A DNA stretch of 64,000 nt from a virus. The stretch covers positions 1 to 64,000 of IMG/VR virus record IMGVR_UViG_3300020159_001814; one strand, written 5' to 3'. A program made the position numbers and the translations under genes. This document shows, in pieces, positions 55,266 to 64,000 of this stretch. The notes below the pieces were generated by a model, which was not told where the DNA came from, ran no database searches, and worked only from the letters and a program-made list of their open reading frames with translations. Positions within the stretch are counted from its first letter, which is position 1; each line of letters opens with the position of its first letter.

Positions 55266-58214
55266 TTAATTACAATTTATTTGTATGTCTACACCTATAT
55301 TTAGGTATAGTTTTTTATTTGTGAAGTCATCATAACAACTTGAATTACTAATCACTAATTGATTTCCAGAAAAATAATAATTTAATCCGTAGTTATATAA
55401 TCCTTCTAATTTGTCGTCTATTGCATTTAAAATTTGTAAATTTGTTGGTGTGTCGTTATTTCCGTACCCAACATAAAATTGTTCCTGCACTAAAACATCA
55501 CTATCTAATTTACATTCAACAAACCAAGTTGAAACAATACTTGTTGGATCACATTGGTTTTGATTAAACCCATTATCAGTTATAATTTTAGTTAACACGT
55601 AAGACAAAATTGTTGGTCCATTCGTATTCGGGAAACTACATTTAACCGTTTGGTCTATACAATCATATGCAAATAATTTTCCATCGTATTTACATGGTAT
55701 ACAAGAAACAGGGACAAATACACAACCACGTTGTCTTCTCCAAACAAACTTTTGTCTATGAAAGATTGAATTGTCCATTTTTTGGCCTGTTAACCAAAGT
55801 GTGGTTGCTGGAACAACTTGTTCTAATAGTCTTTGCCAATAATCACCGATACCCAAAGTAAAATCAATCATTTTTTGGTATGTAAACTTATTTGTTGGTA
55901 TCCCCACCGTTTCTTCAGATTGAAGGTATCTCCAAAATACAGATTGTAGTGTTGGGTATCCACCTGTTTTACCGTCAAAAATTGTTTGTCTATTTCTTAC
56001 GTTTATAAAATTATTGTAAAATGTTTGAGCAAACTCAAAAAACGTCTTTTCTTTAGGTTTTGGATTAATTGATGTCCAATCGACATTACCAGGTGCTGGA
56101 TAAGGTGCCGTTAATGGTGTATTTGGGATTGGGTAATCATATTTCACGGATGTTTCCCAAACATCGTAAGTTATCCCTTGCCCCATATTTAAATACATTT
56201 CAATGTTTTTAGAATTAATAACTAACCTATCGTTATTAACCTTGTAGTTAACCCCATTAAAATTTTTATCGTTAGACCTATTACCTATCATTTCAGATGG
56301 CCAAGATTTTTGGTTATCCGAAGTTTTAGTTAATGTGTATCCAACATTAATCATCCCATCAAAACTTCTATACTTATTCATGTAATCCTGACCAAAAGTA
56401 TTTGTTTTAATCTTTGATGTAATAAAGGGGTTTGTATTATTAAAAGATGAATTTTTTAAATCTATTTCTTCTTCAGACCTATGTTGTGGTGTTTGTTCAA
56501 ACCATCCAGACCCCTTTTGAAAAAAGTTACCTTCTGTTGCTCTTGGTGATTTAGGGTATCCAAAATTATCAATACCATAATCTTCTAAATTATTTGTTAT
56601 TCTTTTTATTGCCGAAATGTTTGTATATCCCGTATATTGTAAACCTTGTATATTAAACGTATTGTCGGGGTCAAAAGTTGCTATATTTAATTCAACGGTA
56701 CCACCCGAAATACAAGCATATTGTTCTTCAAATTTGTTAATGTTTATCGGGGCATCCGCTATATAAACAATTTCATTAAATTCAACAAGAGCATCAGGAG
56801 CCCCAATCATTCTCATAATGTATTCTAAAGAATGTCTTGTACCCTTACTTTTAAACATGTAAGAAGCGTTCAAAATTAGATTTCTATAGTATTGGAAATC
56901 CAACTCTAAAGGGGTGTCCGATTTTTCTATACCCGGATAGGTTTTCTTACTTGATGTGTTAAAAACAGAACCTAACAAACTTTCATTAGAAATTTTTGAT
57001 ATATTTGTATTAATCCCTAAAGTAAGTGCTAAATTCTTTAATAACTGTGATGGTATATCGTTCCCAACATCATAATTAACGGAATTCATATACGCCAATG
57101 AATCAATAAACTTTTTTGTTTCATCAAAACTTCTACCATATATTTGTAATACTTTTTCCATTCTTTGGTCTACAGTATCGAAATCTTTAAAAGAACCTGT
57201 GGTAAGAAATCTTGATATTAAATTTGTTTTGGTTGCGTCCATATTTTCAGCAACATCATTTAAATCTTTTAAGTATACATCAAAAGAATTACTTGATATA
57301 TCAATATTCCAAGGATCACCTAACGGCCAAGATATTGTTTTTTCATATTCAATTAACCTACCATCATTGTCAAAATATTGGTATTTGAAATTAGCACTGT
57401 ATTTTGGTGTTGTATTTCTATTTAAAAGAAATTTTTCAACCTCATCAAAATCTTCGTTAAATACTTTTTCAATAGTTTCATCGTTTAATCTAATTAACAA
57501 AGTTTCAGACCATGTCGGTTGTGATTGAAATGGATTTCCTTTAACGGTAAAAAATAAAGTCCCGTCATTTAATGTTTTTGTTGGTTCAAAGTCTGTAATT
57601 TCATAAGATTCATTAGGTGATACATATATTGAGTACTTTTCAAAATTACCTGTAAAATTTCTATACTTACTTAGTGGTATCGTACTGGTTTCTATTGATC
57701 TTTTTGCGTTTTTAGTATAATCAATACCTAATGGGTTTTTAATTTGATCCGCATTTATTTCAAAACTTGTTTCATCCCTTATTTGGTCGTATTCAATATT
57801 AAAGGCTGTATTTGCAACATATGAACCAACTTTTACTTTATTAATTAGTAAACCAGCGGGGAAATTATTAATAACATTAACAACAGCCACCGAAATTCTT
57901 TTTTGTAAAGAACCGTAAGTAGTAAAACTAGTGATCTGTGAAAAATCAAAATTAGGATAAACTTTAAAGTTTTGTTGGACTATCGCTTTAAGACTGTCAA
58001 TACTTTGGATGTTTAAACTATCTAAACTTACAGGATCAGAAAATACCCCTAAATCAAAATTTCTATTCGATTTATCACCTATGTTTGGCGTAAACTCAAA
58101 CACACCTGTTGTTAATCCACCACCCTTAACCAACTGTAAACCAACTAAGTCGTCTGAAAATGTTTCAGACCCTACTGGCGGTGCTGGTGGGTAAAAATAT
58201 TTTTTCTTTGCCAT
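55266..58214 (-). CDS. large structural protein, baseplate-wedge-like
   Basis: LALTLG...YMFKSKGTRHSLEYIMRMIG (P2 gpI-like KGT motif). Confidence 0.6.
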   Translation of the reverse strand: MAKKKYFYPPAPPVGSETFSDDLVGLQLVKGGGLTTGVFEFTPNIGDKSNRNFDLGVFSDPVSLDSLNIQSIDSLKAIVQQNFKVYPNFDFSQITSFTTYGSLQKRISVAVVNVINNFPAGLLINKVKVGSYVANTAFNIEYDQIRDETSFEINADQIKNPLGIDYTKNAKRSIETSTIPLSKYRNFTGNFEKYSIYVSPNESYEITDFEPTKTLNDGTLFFTVKGNPFQSQPTWSETLLIRLNDETIEKVFNEDFDEVEKFLLNRNTTPKYSANFKYQYFDNDGRLIEYEKTISWPLGDPWNIDISSNSFDVYLKDLNDVAENMDATKTNLISRFLTTGSFKDFDTVDQRMEKVLQIYGRSFDETKKFIDSLAYMNSVNYDVGNDIPSQLLKNLALTLGINTNISKISNESLLGSVFNTSSKKTYPGIEKSDTPLELDFQYYRNLILNASYMFKSKGTRHSLEYIMRMIGAPDALVEFNEIVYIADAPININKFEEQYACISGGTVELNIATFDPDNTFNIQGLQYTGYTNISAIKRITNNLEDYGIDNFGYPKSPRATEGNFFQKGSGWFEQTPQHRSEEEIDLKNSSFNNTNPFITSKIKTNTFGQDYMNKYRSFDGMINVGYTLTKTSDNQKSWPSEMIGNRSNDKNFNGVNYKVNNDRLVINSKNIEMYLNMGQGITYDVWETSVKYDYPIPNTPLTAPYPAPGNVDWTSINPKPKEKTFFEFAQTFYNNFINVRNRQTIFDGKTGGYPTLQSVFWRYLQSEETVGIPTNKFTYQKMIDFTLGIGDYWQRLLEQVVPATTLWLTGQKMDNSIFHRQKFVWRRQRGCVFVPVSCIPCKYDGKLFAYDCIDQTVKCSFPNTNGPTILSYVLTKIITDNGFNQNQCDPTSIVSTWFVECKLDSDVLVQEQFYVGYGNNDTPTNLQILNAIDDKLEGLYNYGLNYYFSGNQLVISNSSCYDDFTNKKLYLNIGVDIQINCN

Positions 58215-58216
58215 TA

Positions 58217-59125
58217 TTAACTAATAATATTTGTAAAGTTTTTACTAAAATCTATGTTGTTATTTCTATCTTGTCTTACTTCATAAAGTAATTCATTAAA
58301 GCTATCCCTAACTTCAAATAAATTATATTGTCTGTAAATATTACCACCACTATCATAAATTGTGTAAATCCCGTCTTCAATGCTTTTTGTTTGATTACCA
58401 TACAATGCCAACGCAATCGTATCCAAATCATGTTCAGCCATTTGAATGTCTATTGTCATTGGGTTAAAAAAAGTGTTTGTTATAATAATACTTTGATTTG
58501 GTTGACCAATGAATGGAGTTGCGTTTGGTTTATTTGTTGGTGATGCTGATGGTGTAAGTGTACAAAAAATTAAATCACTTCCTGTTTCAACATATCTATA
58601 TCTAATCGCCTTTTGTGTTGTGTTTGATTGTTCAGTTAAAATTGGTTCACAATAAAAAGATGATGTTACAATTCTATAAAAATTAGGTATTTTAGTACCG
58701 TCAGAATTTAAATATTCAACCCTAAATCCAACCAAACCTTGATTAACGAATTTACTTCTATATTCACTTGGTACCGCATTAATATCTATTACAATACCTT
58801 TTACGTTTGGTAACGCCGATAAAACCCCACAATCAGATATTGTTGTTCTAATTTCTGCAGGTCTTATATACAGTGTGTATATTCCTAACTTATTAAATTC
58901 AGATGCTGGAAGTTTAAGATTGTACAAACCACCAAGGATTTCAACATCAGTTTTACCACCAGTATTATCGTTATGAAAATATGGGGTTAAAATACTTCTA
59001 GTATTTAATTTTTTCATTATAAAGTTTTGGGTCACATCCCTAGACTCCGTATAATGTAAAATTATTTCAACATCTTCTGGTGAAACATCTGCGGGTCTTA
59101 CAATTCCATATGTGCCAAGTGCCAT
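58217..59125 (-). CDS. conserved putative structural protein
   Basis: ORF track; TATTTAT at 59139-59145. Confidence 0.7.
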   Translation of the reverse strand: MALGTYGIVRPADVSPEDVEIILHYTESRDVTQNFIMKKLNTRSILTPYFHNDNTGGKTDVEILGGLYNLKLPASEFNKLGIYTLYIRPAEIRTTISDCGVLSALPNVKGIVIDINAVPSEYRSKFVNQGLVGFRVEYLNSDGTKIPNFYRIVTSSFYCEPILTEQSNTTQKAIRYRYVETGSDLIFCTLTPSASPTNKPNATPFIGQPNQSIIITNTFFNPMTIDIQMAEHDLDTIALALYGNQTKSIEDGIYTIYDSGGNIYRQYNLFEVRDSFNELLYEVRQDRNNNIDFSKNFTNIIS

Positions 59126-59160
59126 TTTCTTTTATTTTATAAATAGGTTTATATTAAATT

Positions 59161-60333
59161 TTATAAATCGTTTGGTGTATTTATTTTATAATATCCGTAT
59201 CCATATCTTACTAAATCACCGATATTATCAACCTCACCTAACCTTTGTAAATTTTCAAATGCTGAATATTTTCCTCTTTGGATATATACGTCAGTTATTA
59301 TTTCAGGAGCCATCACCATATCCATTAATAACTCGTCTTTTGTTATTTTTTCGGCACCTATAGTATTTGATGTTAAACCTGAACTTTCTATAATATACAA
59401 AGTATTTCCATTATTTAAATCATAATATGAAACACCGTTTATTGTGTATGCAGTATAATCGGTATTAATGTCCGTTACTTGTCCGTATGGTTGGTTATTT
59501 TTAAATACAGTATTAAGGTTATATTTAGTCGGCCCCCACCTTCTTAGGTCCTGTAATCTTGATTTTGTATATCCACTAATTTGATATGGTACGGGTATAA
59601 AATTACTTGTTACTTGACTTTGTACGTTATTTTCGGAATCACCTGTAAAGATATAATCGTATGTTACAGGAATCCCTGACCAACTACCCCCTTGTGGTAT
59701 AAAAGTCACAGTACCGAATGGGTTTGATATTGTTACCCCTGTCATTGGTAAATAAACGTCTCTTTTTATGATGGTTTGACCAAACATGTTACTACCAGAT
59801 AAGGTTATTGTATATGTACTTGGGGTATTAGGGTATGTGTGTGATATTATTTGACTATTCAATGGTTGTTGTGATGTTCCGTCGCCCCAATCAACAAAAT
59901 AGTTACTTTCGGATAAATATGATACCATTATGTCACCCGAAGTATTATATAAATTTATTTCATAATTATTAAATGGTGCACCACTATAAACAAAATTAGT
60001 TATAATATCTTTTTGTAATAAAAACCCATCAAATTCCGAATAATAACCAATATCGTTTGTTGATTCTAAAAGCAATATAGGTAACGTAAGTCCTGTAAAT
60101 ATTGAGTTTCTAACGTCACATCTACAAATTATACATGTGTTATTATCACAATTACAAGTTCCTCCGCTTAATATATAAGTCATACCAGAATAGTAACTTA
60201 ACGACCAATCAGTCAATACGCTATCAGTATTACCACAATTTATTTGATCAGAATAACCTGAAAACGGTACCGTTATCAAGTCATTTTTTAATACTTCAGG
60301 TGATATTCTATATGATAAATTATATGATTTCAT
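59161..60333 (-). CDS. putative structural protein with PKD-like domain
   Basis: VDWGDGT...HTY...YTITL. Confidence 0.7.
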   Translation of the reverse strand: MKSYNLSYRISPEVLKNDLITVPFSGYSDQINCGNTDSVLTDWSLSYYSGMTYILSGGTCNCDNNTCIICRCDVRNSIFTGLTLPILLLESTNDIGYYSEFDGFLLQKDIITNFVYSGAPFNNYEINLYNTSGDIMVSYLSESNYFVDWGDGTSQQPLNSQIISHTYPNTPSTYTITLSGSNMFGQTIIKRDVYLPMTGVTISNPFGTVTFIPQGGSWSGIPVTYDYIFTGDSENNVQSQVTSNFIPVPYQISGYTKSRLQDLRRWGPTKYNLNTVFKNNQPYGQVTDINTDYTAYTINGVSYYDLNNGNTLYIIESSGLTSNTIGAEKITKDELLMDMVMAPEIITDVYIQRGKYSAFENLQRLGEVDNIGDLVRYGYGYYKINTPNDL

Positions 60334-61175
60334 TATGGGTTTACGTATTCATACCATTTTATGGGATTTAAATTATCCCCAACTCTTGTTAGATTCCCTA
60401 ATTGGTCTTCTAAATAAACCTTATATTCATAATCATTAAAATCAAATTTAACTTTATAATAAAAAAGTAACGATTTATTAAAATTAAACTTGTTTGATGT
60501 AAAAAACGGATCGGATTGTGGTTTATTCATCATTCTTAAAAAACTTCCAGTCTTACCATTAAAAAATTTAGCACTCATATAAAATTCAGTGTTTGTTATT
60601 ACTTTTGGTTCTTTTAACCAATAGATAAAAAACCCTTCTTTATCGGCACCTAAATAATCTAAAATAAATTTTGGTTTTTTAACGTCAACCTGAGTCGGAT
60701 TTAAAGGTGGTCCTATTAATCCAGGTTCTTTTAATCCTTGTTGTACGGGAATTATTACACTAATGAATGCTCGTCCATTTTCATTTGAATTTGTGTCATA
60801 AAAATCTAATTTAAAGAAGCTCCCTTTGAATGAATTAGAAAAAAAGTAAATTTCTTTGTCTGTAAAAGTGGCGTATTGATAGTCGTCTAACCACGATGTT
60901 GGATTATTTATAGATTGCGTTGAATCGAAGAAATTAAATTGGTAATGAATTTCTGTTTTAAATGGGTTATTATCCCATGGTGCATGCATGAATCTTGTTG
61001 TTTCAAAATCATCAATTGGGTTAATGACCTTGTCAATAGTTTCTTTTTCATACCTATCAATAGCGTCTTCCCTTCCTGTTAAATCAAAGCTTAACTCAAC
61101 AGGAATATTCATGTAAGTATCCTTTTGTAAAGGTTTTAAACTAAATCTGTAATAGTTATTATTCACAGTCATCAA
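60333..61175 (-). CDS. putative structural protein
   Basis: ORF track; module context. Confidence 0.7.
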   Translation of the reverse strand: MMTVNNNYYRFSLKPLQKDTYMNIPVELSFDLTGREDAIDRYEKETIDKVINPIDDFETTRFMHAPWDNNPFKTEIHYQFNFFDSTQSINNPTSWLDDYQYATFTDKEIYFFSNSFKGSFFKLDFYDTNSNENGRAFISVIIPVQQGLKEPGLIGPPLNPTQVDVKKPKFILDYLGADKEGFFIYWLKEPKVITNTEFYMSAKFFNGKTGSFLRMMNKPQSDPFFTSNKFNFNKSLLFYYKVKFDFNDYEYKVYLEDQLGNLTRVGDNLNPIKWYEYVNP

Positions 61176-62868
61176 CTTTAGGTCTTTTTATAACAATCGA
61201 GTTAACATTAACTTCTTGTTTAATTGGTTTTTGTAAAAACAATATATTTAAAAATGGGTAATGTGCTCCGTTAATAAATGGATGGTCCACACCAATATTA
61301 TCCGCATCTATAAAACCATAACTATATAAATCCCTCCATAACCATAATTGGTTTGATTCTGAAAACCACGAATATCCAGGGATACCATCAACTTCATTTT
61401 TACCCCCATATTCTATGTAATCACTAAATGTTCTTATTTTAATTGGGTAGTGTGGTATATATACATACCCACTAGGGTATGAATTTGTTGAGTTATCTAA
61501 AAAAACCATTTGGTTATATGAGTACTTATGATATAGATTTGATAATACATATTCTTTTTGTTCTATCTCATTGTATTCACAAAAATCACCTTTAATTACG
61601 TCACCGATATTTAGTTCTTTATTAAAATAGAATGTCTGTCCGTTCGCCACGTAACTACCAACAGGTAGGTTGTCTTTATTATTTAAAGATGTATGATTCC
61701 ACCAAGTATCTACTGAATTTTTTAAGAAATTAAATTCCCAACCAATATCTATTGATGTTTGTTGTGACGGTGGGGGGTAATTAAACCAACCCATATATCC
61801 CTTATTTAATATTGTCACAAAAAGTTCAGTTAATGGTTTTCCATTGTTATCTAATAACCCATTAATATCCACGTCCCTATCAAATGAATAGGAAAAAGAC
61901 TGACTACCTTGTCTTTTAGATACCCTTTGTGTTTGGTTTGGTGTTATCGCTGAATATTCTATTTTTTGTTTTATTGGGAAAGCACTGTTTTCAAAACCAG
62001 CTTTAGCCAAATTACAGTCTTTTTCAATTGTTAATACTTTATGAAGTCTAACATAATATCTTGATCTTGTTTCTGCACTGTTTGTTGTTGTTATTATTCT
62101 TTTAAAACTACCATATTTACCAACAGGAATATCTATTGCCGGAAATTTTAAATCATAGATTGCAAAAACATTTGTTTCACTACCTAATGTTCCGTCACCG
62201 ACAGAATAAACTTGGAATAGGTTTTTACCATTTATAGTAAAACTTAACTCAACCCATTCGTTTTCACTTAAATTGTGTGGTGTCGCACAATAAAAATACA
62301 CAATGGGGTTTCCATTATAAAACCCTGACTTTATACAGAAAGGAATACCATCACCAACAATCGCATTATTATAGACCGAGTTTGTAATGTTTTCATTTAT
62401 ATAACTTATTTTTTGTGTTGTAATACTACTAAACGGGTATGTTAAATATATTCCCCAATTATAAGATGACGCACTTTTTGGTGCAAATGGTATGTGGTTT
62501 GGTATACCATCCGACCTTAAAAATGTGAACTCGTCAAATTGTGGTGTACCTTCCCAAGCGTTTGCATTATTTAGTGCGTTTTGAACTGCATTTGTATAAT
62601 AAAGATAATTTTTAAATGGTGAATAACTAGTTTTTCCCGTTATTTCATTATTAAAAACATTAACAATTTTTCCAGATACCCGGTATATACCACTATTTTG
62701 TCTTTCTTTGTTAAATTGTTCTAATTGATTTACCATTACCGATCTATCGGATTCCGTAATATCCCTTCTTTCACCAATCAACGCAGGTTGTATCCAAACA
62801 TCTTTATTTGTGTTTCCTGCGTATCTTTTAGAACCTAAAACAATTCTTATTTCATTTTCATTACTCAT
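61159..62868 (-). CDS. putative structural protein
   Basis: ORF track; WLWRDLYSYGFID..G.DHPF motif. Confidence 0.7.
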   Translation of the reverse strand: MSNENEIRIVLGSKRYAGNTNKDVWIQPALIGERRDITESDRSVMVNQLEQFNKERQNSGIYRVSGKIVNVFNNEITGKTSYSPFKNYLYYTNAVQNALNNANAWEGTPQFDEFTFLRSDGIPNHIPFAPKSASSYNWGIYLTYPFSSITTQKISYINENITNSVYNNAIVGDGIPFCIKSGFYNGNPIVYFYCATPHNLSENEWVELSFTINGKNLFQVYSVGDGTLGSETNVFAIYDLKFPAIDIPVGKYGSFKRIITTTNSAETRSRYYVRLHKVLTIEKDCNLAKAGFENSAFPIKQKIEYSAITPNQTQRVSKRQGSQSFSYSFDRDVDINGLLDNNGKPLTELFVTILNKGYMGWFNYPPPSQQTSIDIGWEFNFLKNSVDTWWNHTSLNNKDNLPVGSYVANGQTFYFNKELNIGDVIKGDFCEYNEIEQKEYVLSNLYHKYSYNQMVFLDNSTNSYPSGYVYIPHYPIKIRTFSDYIEYGGKNEVDGIPGYSWFSESNQLWLWRDLYSYGFIDADNIGVDHPFINGAHYPFLNILFLQKPIKQEVNVNSIVIKRPKVDDCE

Positions 62869-64000
62869 TTTGATTTAAAATATATTTTGTAATGTATCTA
62901 TTTATTGCACTTTTACCCTTGTTTAATCCAAAATAAAAATGATTGGGTGCTCCCACAACAAATTTATCCGCATTTCCTGAAGGCCAAGAAGCGGAAGGAG
63001 TAACCCCATTCGATTGGTAATTATAAATGTACCCAAGATTTGGTCCGTTATCGGCCCAAAAATAATCTGTCTGTGTAAAGTCCATTCCTTGATATTTTGT
63101 TGAGTACATTTTTAAATTTGCAACATCTAAATCGGTCGCCCAATCGTTATCTTGATTCCCAAATACATTACCGGTATCGTCAGACTTCCACTTATACATA
63201 GGTACTTCTTGTGTATCAGGATACCCAAAGTAATTAGTTAATCCTGGTCCTAATGTTGTTATTCCGGGTGATAAAACTTTTCTATTTGCCGTTTCTGAAC
63301 TAAAGAATATACCCACCAAAGAGTCGCCGTTAGAATCTGTAGAAACATAAAGGTCATTTACCCCATCATATTCATCTTCACTAAATGCTGCAACACCGTA
63401 TTCGGAATTTATACTAAATAATTGTACTATGTCACCATCCAATCTGTTTTCACTTCTACTAAATAATCTATCAACAGATGCGTCGCCAAGGCCGGCAATT
63501 TGTCCCCAAAAACTACTATTAATTAATCTAGATATTATTCCTAATTGTAGTATATCTGATGTATCTTGGTTCGATGTTGACTTTAATGTGTTAACATAAA
63601 AACTTTCAAGTTGTGGATTAAAACATACTTCTTTAGTGAATTGATCTCTTGTTCCTAAATCCATTATTGTTGTTGGGAAAAATAAATTCCTTTCGTTAGA
63701 TTTATAACTTTGTGGGAAATCCCAAGACCCGACATTTAATGTTTTTTTCTTAGGTATTTGACCTAAGAAATTTGTTCCGTCATATGGTGTTGATCTGTAA
63801 AATAATGAATTAGTTGTCCCTTCTGTATATATTATAGGTCCTTGACCATATCTAGCGTTACTGTCTAATGTTCCGCAAAATTTATATTTTTTAGGTTGTC
63901 CAACAATACTATATATTGTTTTTTTCTTAAATGAAAACATGTATAAAGTACCGTTAACCCAATTATTTTGAAACATTTCGGCAAATACCCCTCTACATGC
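62861..64000 (-). CDS. large putative structural protein, 5' end beyond window
   Basis: Frame stays open to the window edge (NNWVNGTLY motif). Confidence 0.7.
   Translation of the reverse strand, partial: ACRGVFAEMFQNNWVNGTLYMFSFKKKTIYSIVGQPKKYKFCGTLDSNARYGQGPIIYTEGTTNSLFYRSTPYDGTNFLGQIPKKKTLNVGSWDFPQSYKSNERNLFFPTTIMDLGTRDQFTKEVCFNPQLESFYVNTLKSTSNQDTSDILQLGIISRLINSSFWGQIAGLGDASVDRLFSRSENRLDGDIVQLFSINSEYGVAAFSEDEYDGVNDLYVSTDSNGDSLVGIFFSSETANRKVLSPGITTLGPGLTNYFGYPDTQEVPMYKWKSDDTGNVFGNQDNDWATDLDVANLKMYSTKYQGMDFTQTDYFWADNGPNLGYIYNYQSNGVTPSASWPSGNADKFVVGAPNHFYFGLNKGKSAINRYITKYILNQNE

Noticed and set aside
1-64000. Stop-codon reassignment as seen in some Bacteroidota phages
   Set aside because: Genes are full length and densely packed in code 11, TAG and TGA end normal genes, and no suppressor tRNA is seen

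Overview
AT-rich (about 30% GC by eye) 64 kb segment of a large dsDNA (jumbo-type) phage, almost all on the minus strand, read with the standard genetic code. The host is probably Bacteroidota: there are many TAnnTTTG -7 promoter boxes, a short RpoD-type sigma factor, an Hc1-like protein and SprB-like repeats. Layout: (1) 1-1.8 kb, a tRNA array of 12 tRNAs or tRNA-like genes, some structurally atypical, 11 of them behind what looks like a leader-peptide attenuator. (2) 3.7-4.7 kb, an ~830-nt structured ncRNA (GOLLD-like) with an rRNA-operon-like leader. (3) 5-30 kb, accessory genes: GNAT, DUF192, DHH phosphoesterase, three DNA methyltransferases, glutaredoxin, PcfJ-like, LRR protein, DnaJ, amidase-like, sigma factor, and a small double-pseudoknot RNA. 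(4) 30-39.5 kb, recombination and replication genes: SbcC/SbcD-like, PD-(D/E)xK nuclease, primase, RuvC-like. (5) 39.5-64 kb, a virion structural module rich in SprB-like, LRR, collagen-like and Pro-Thr mucin-like proteins, with two glycosyltransferases embedded. Best candidates for undescribed systems: a codon-sampling attenuator that could switch on the tRNA array when translation stalls, a mucin-type O-glycosylation module for virion fibres, a family of late proteins with a shared Glu-terminated N-terminal leader (putative capsid-targeting signal), and unassigned structured RNAs. All calls come from manual reading and motif recall; no searches were run.
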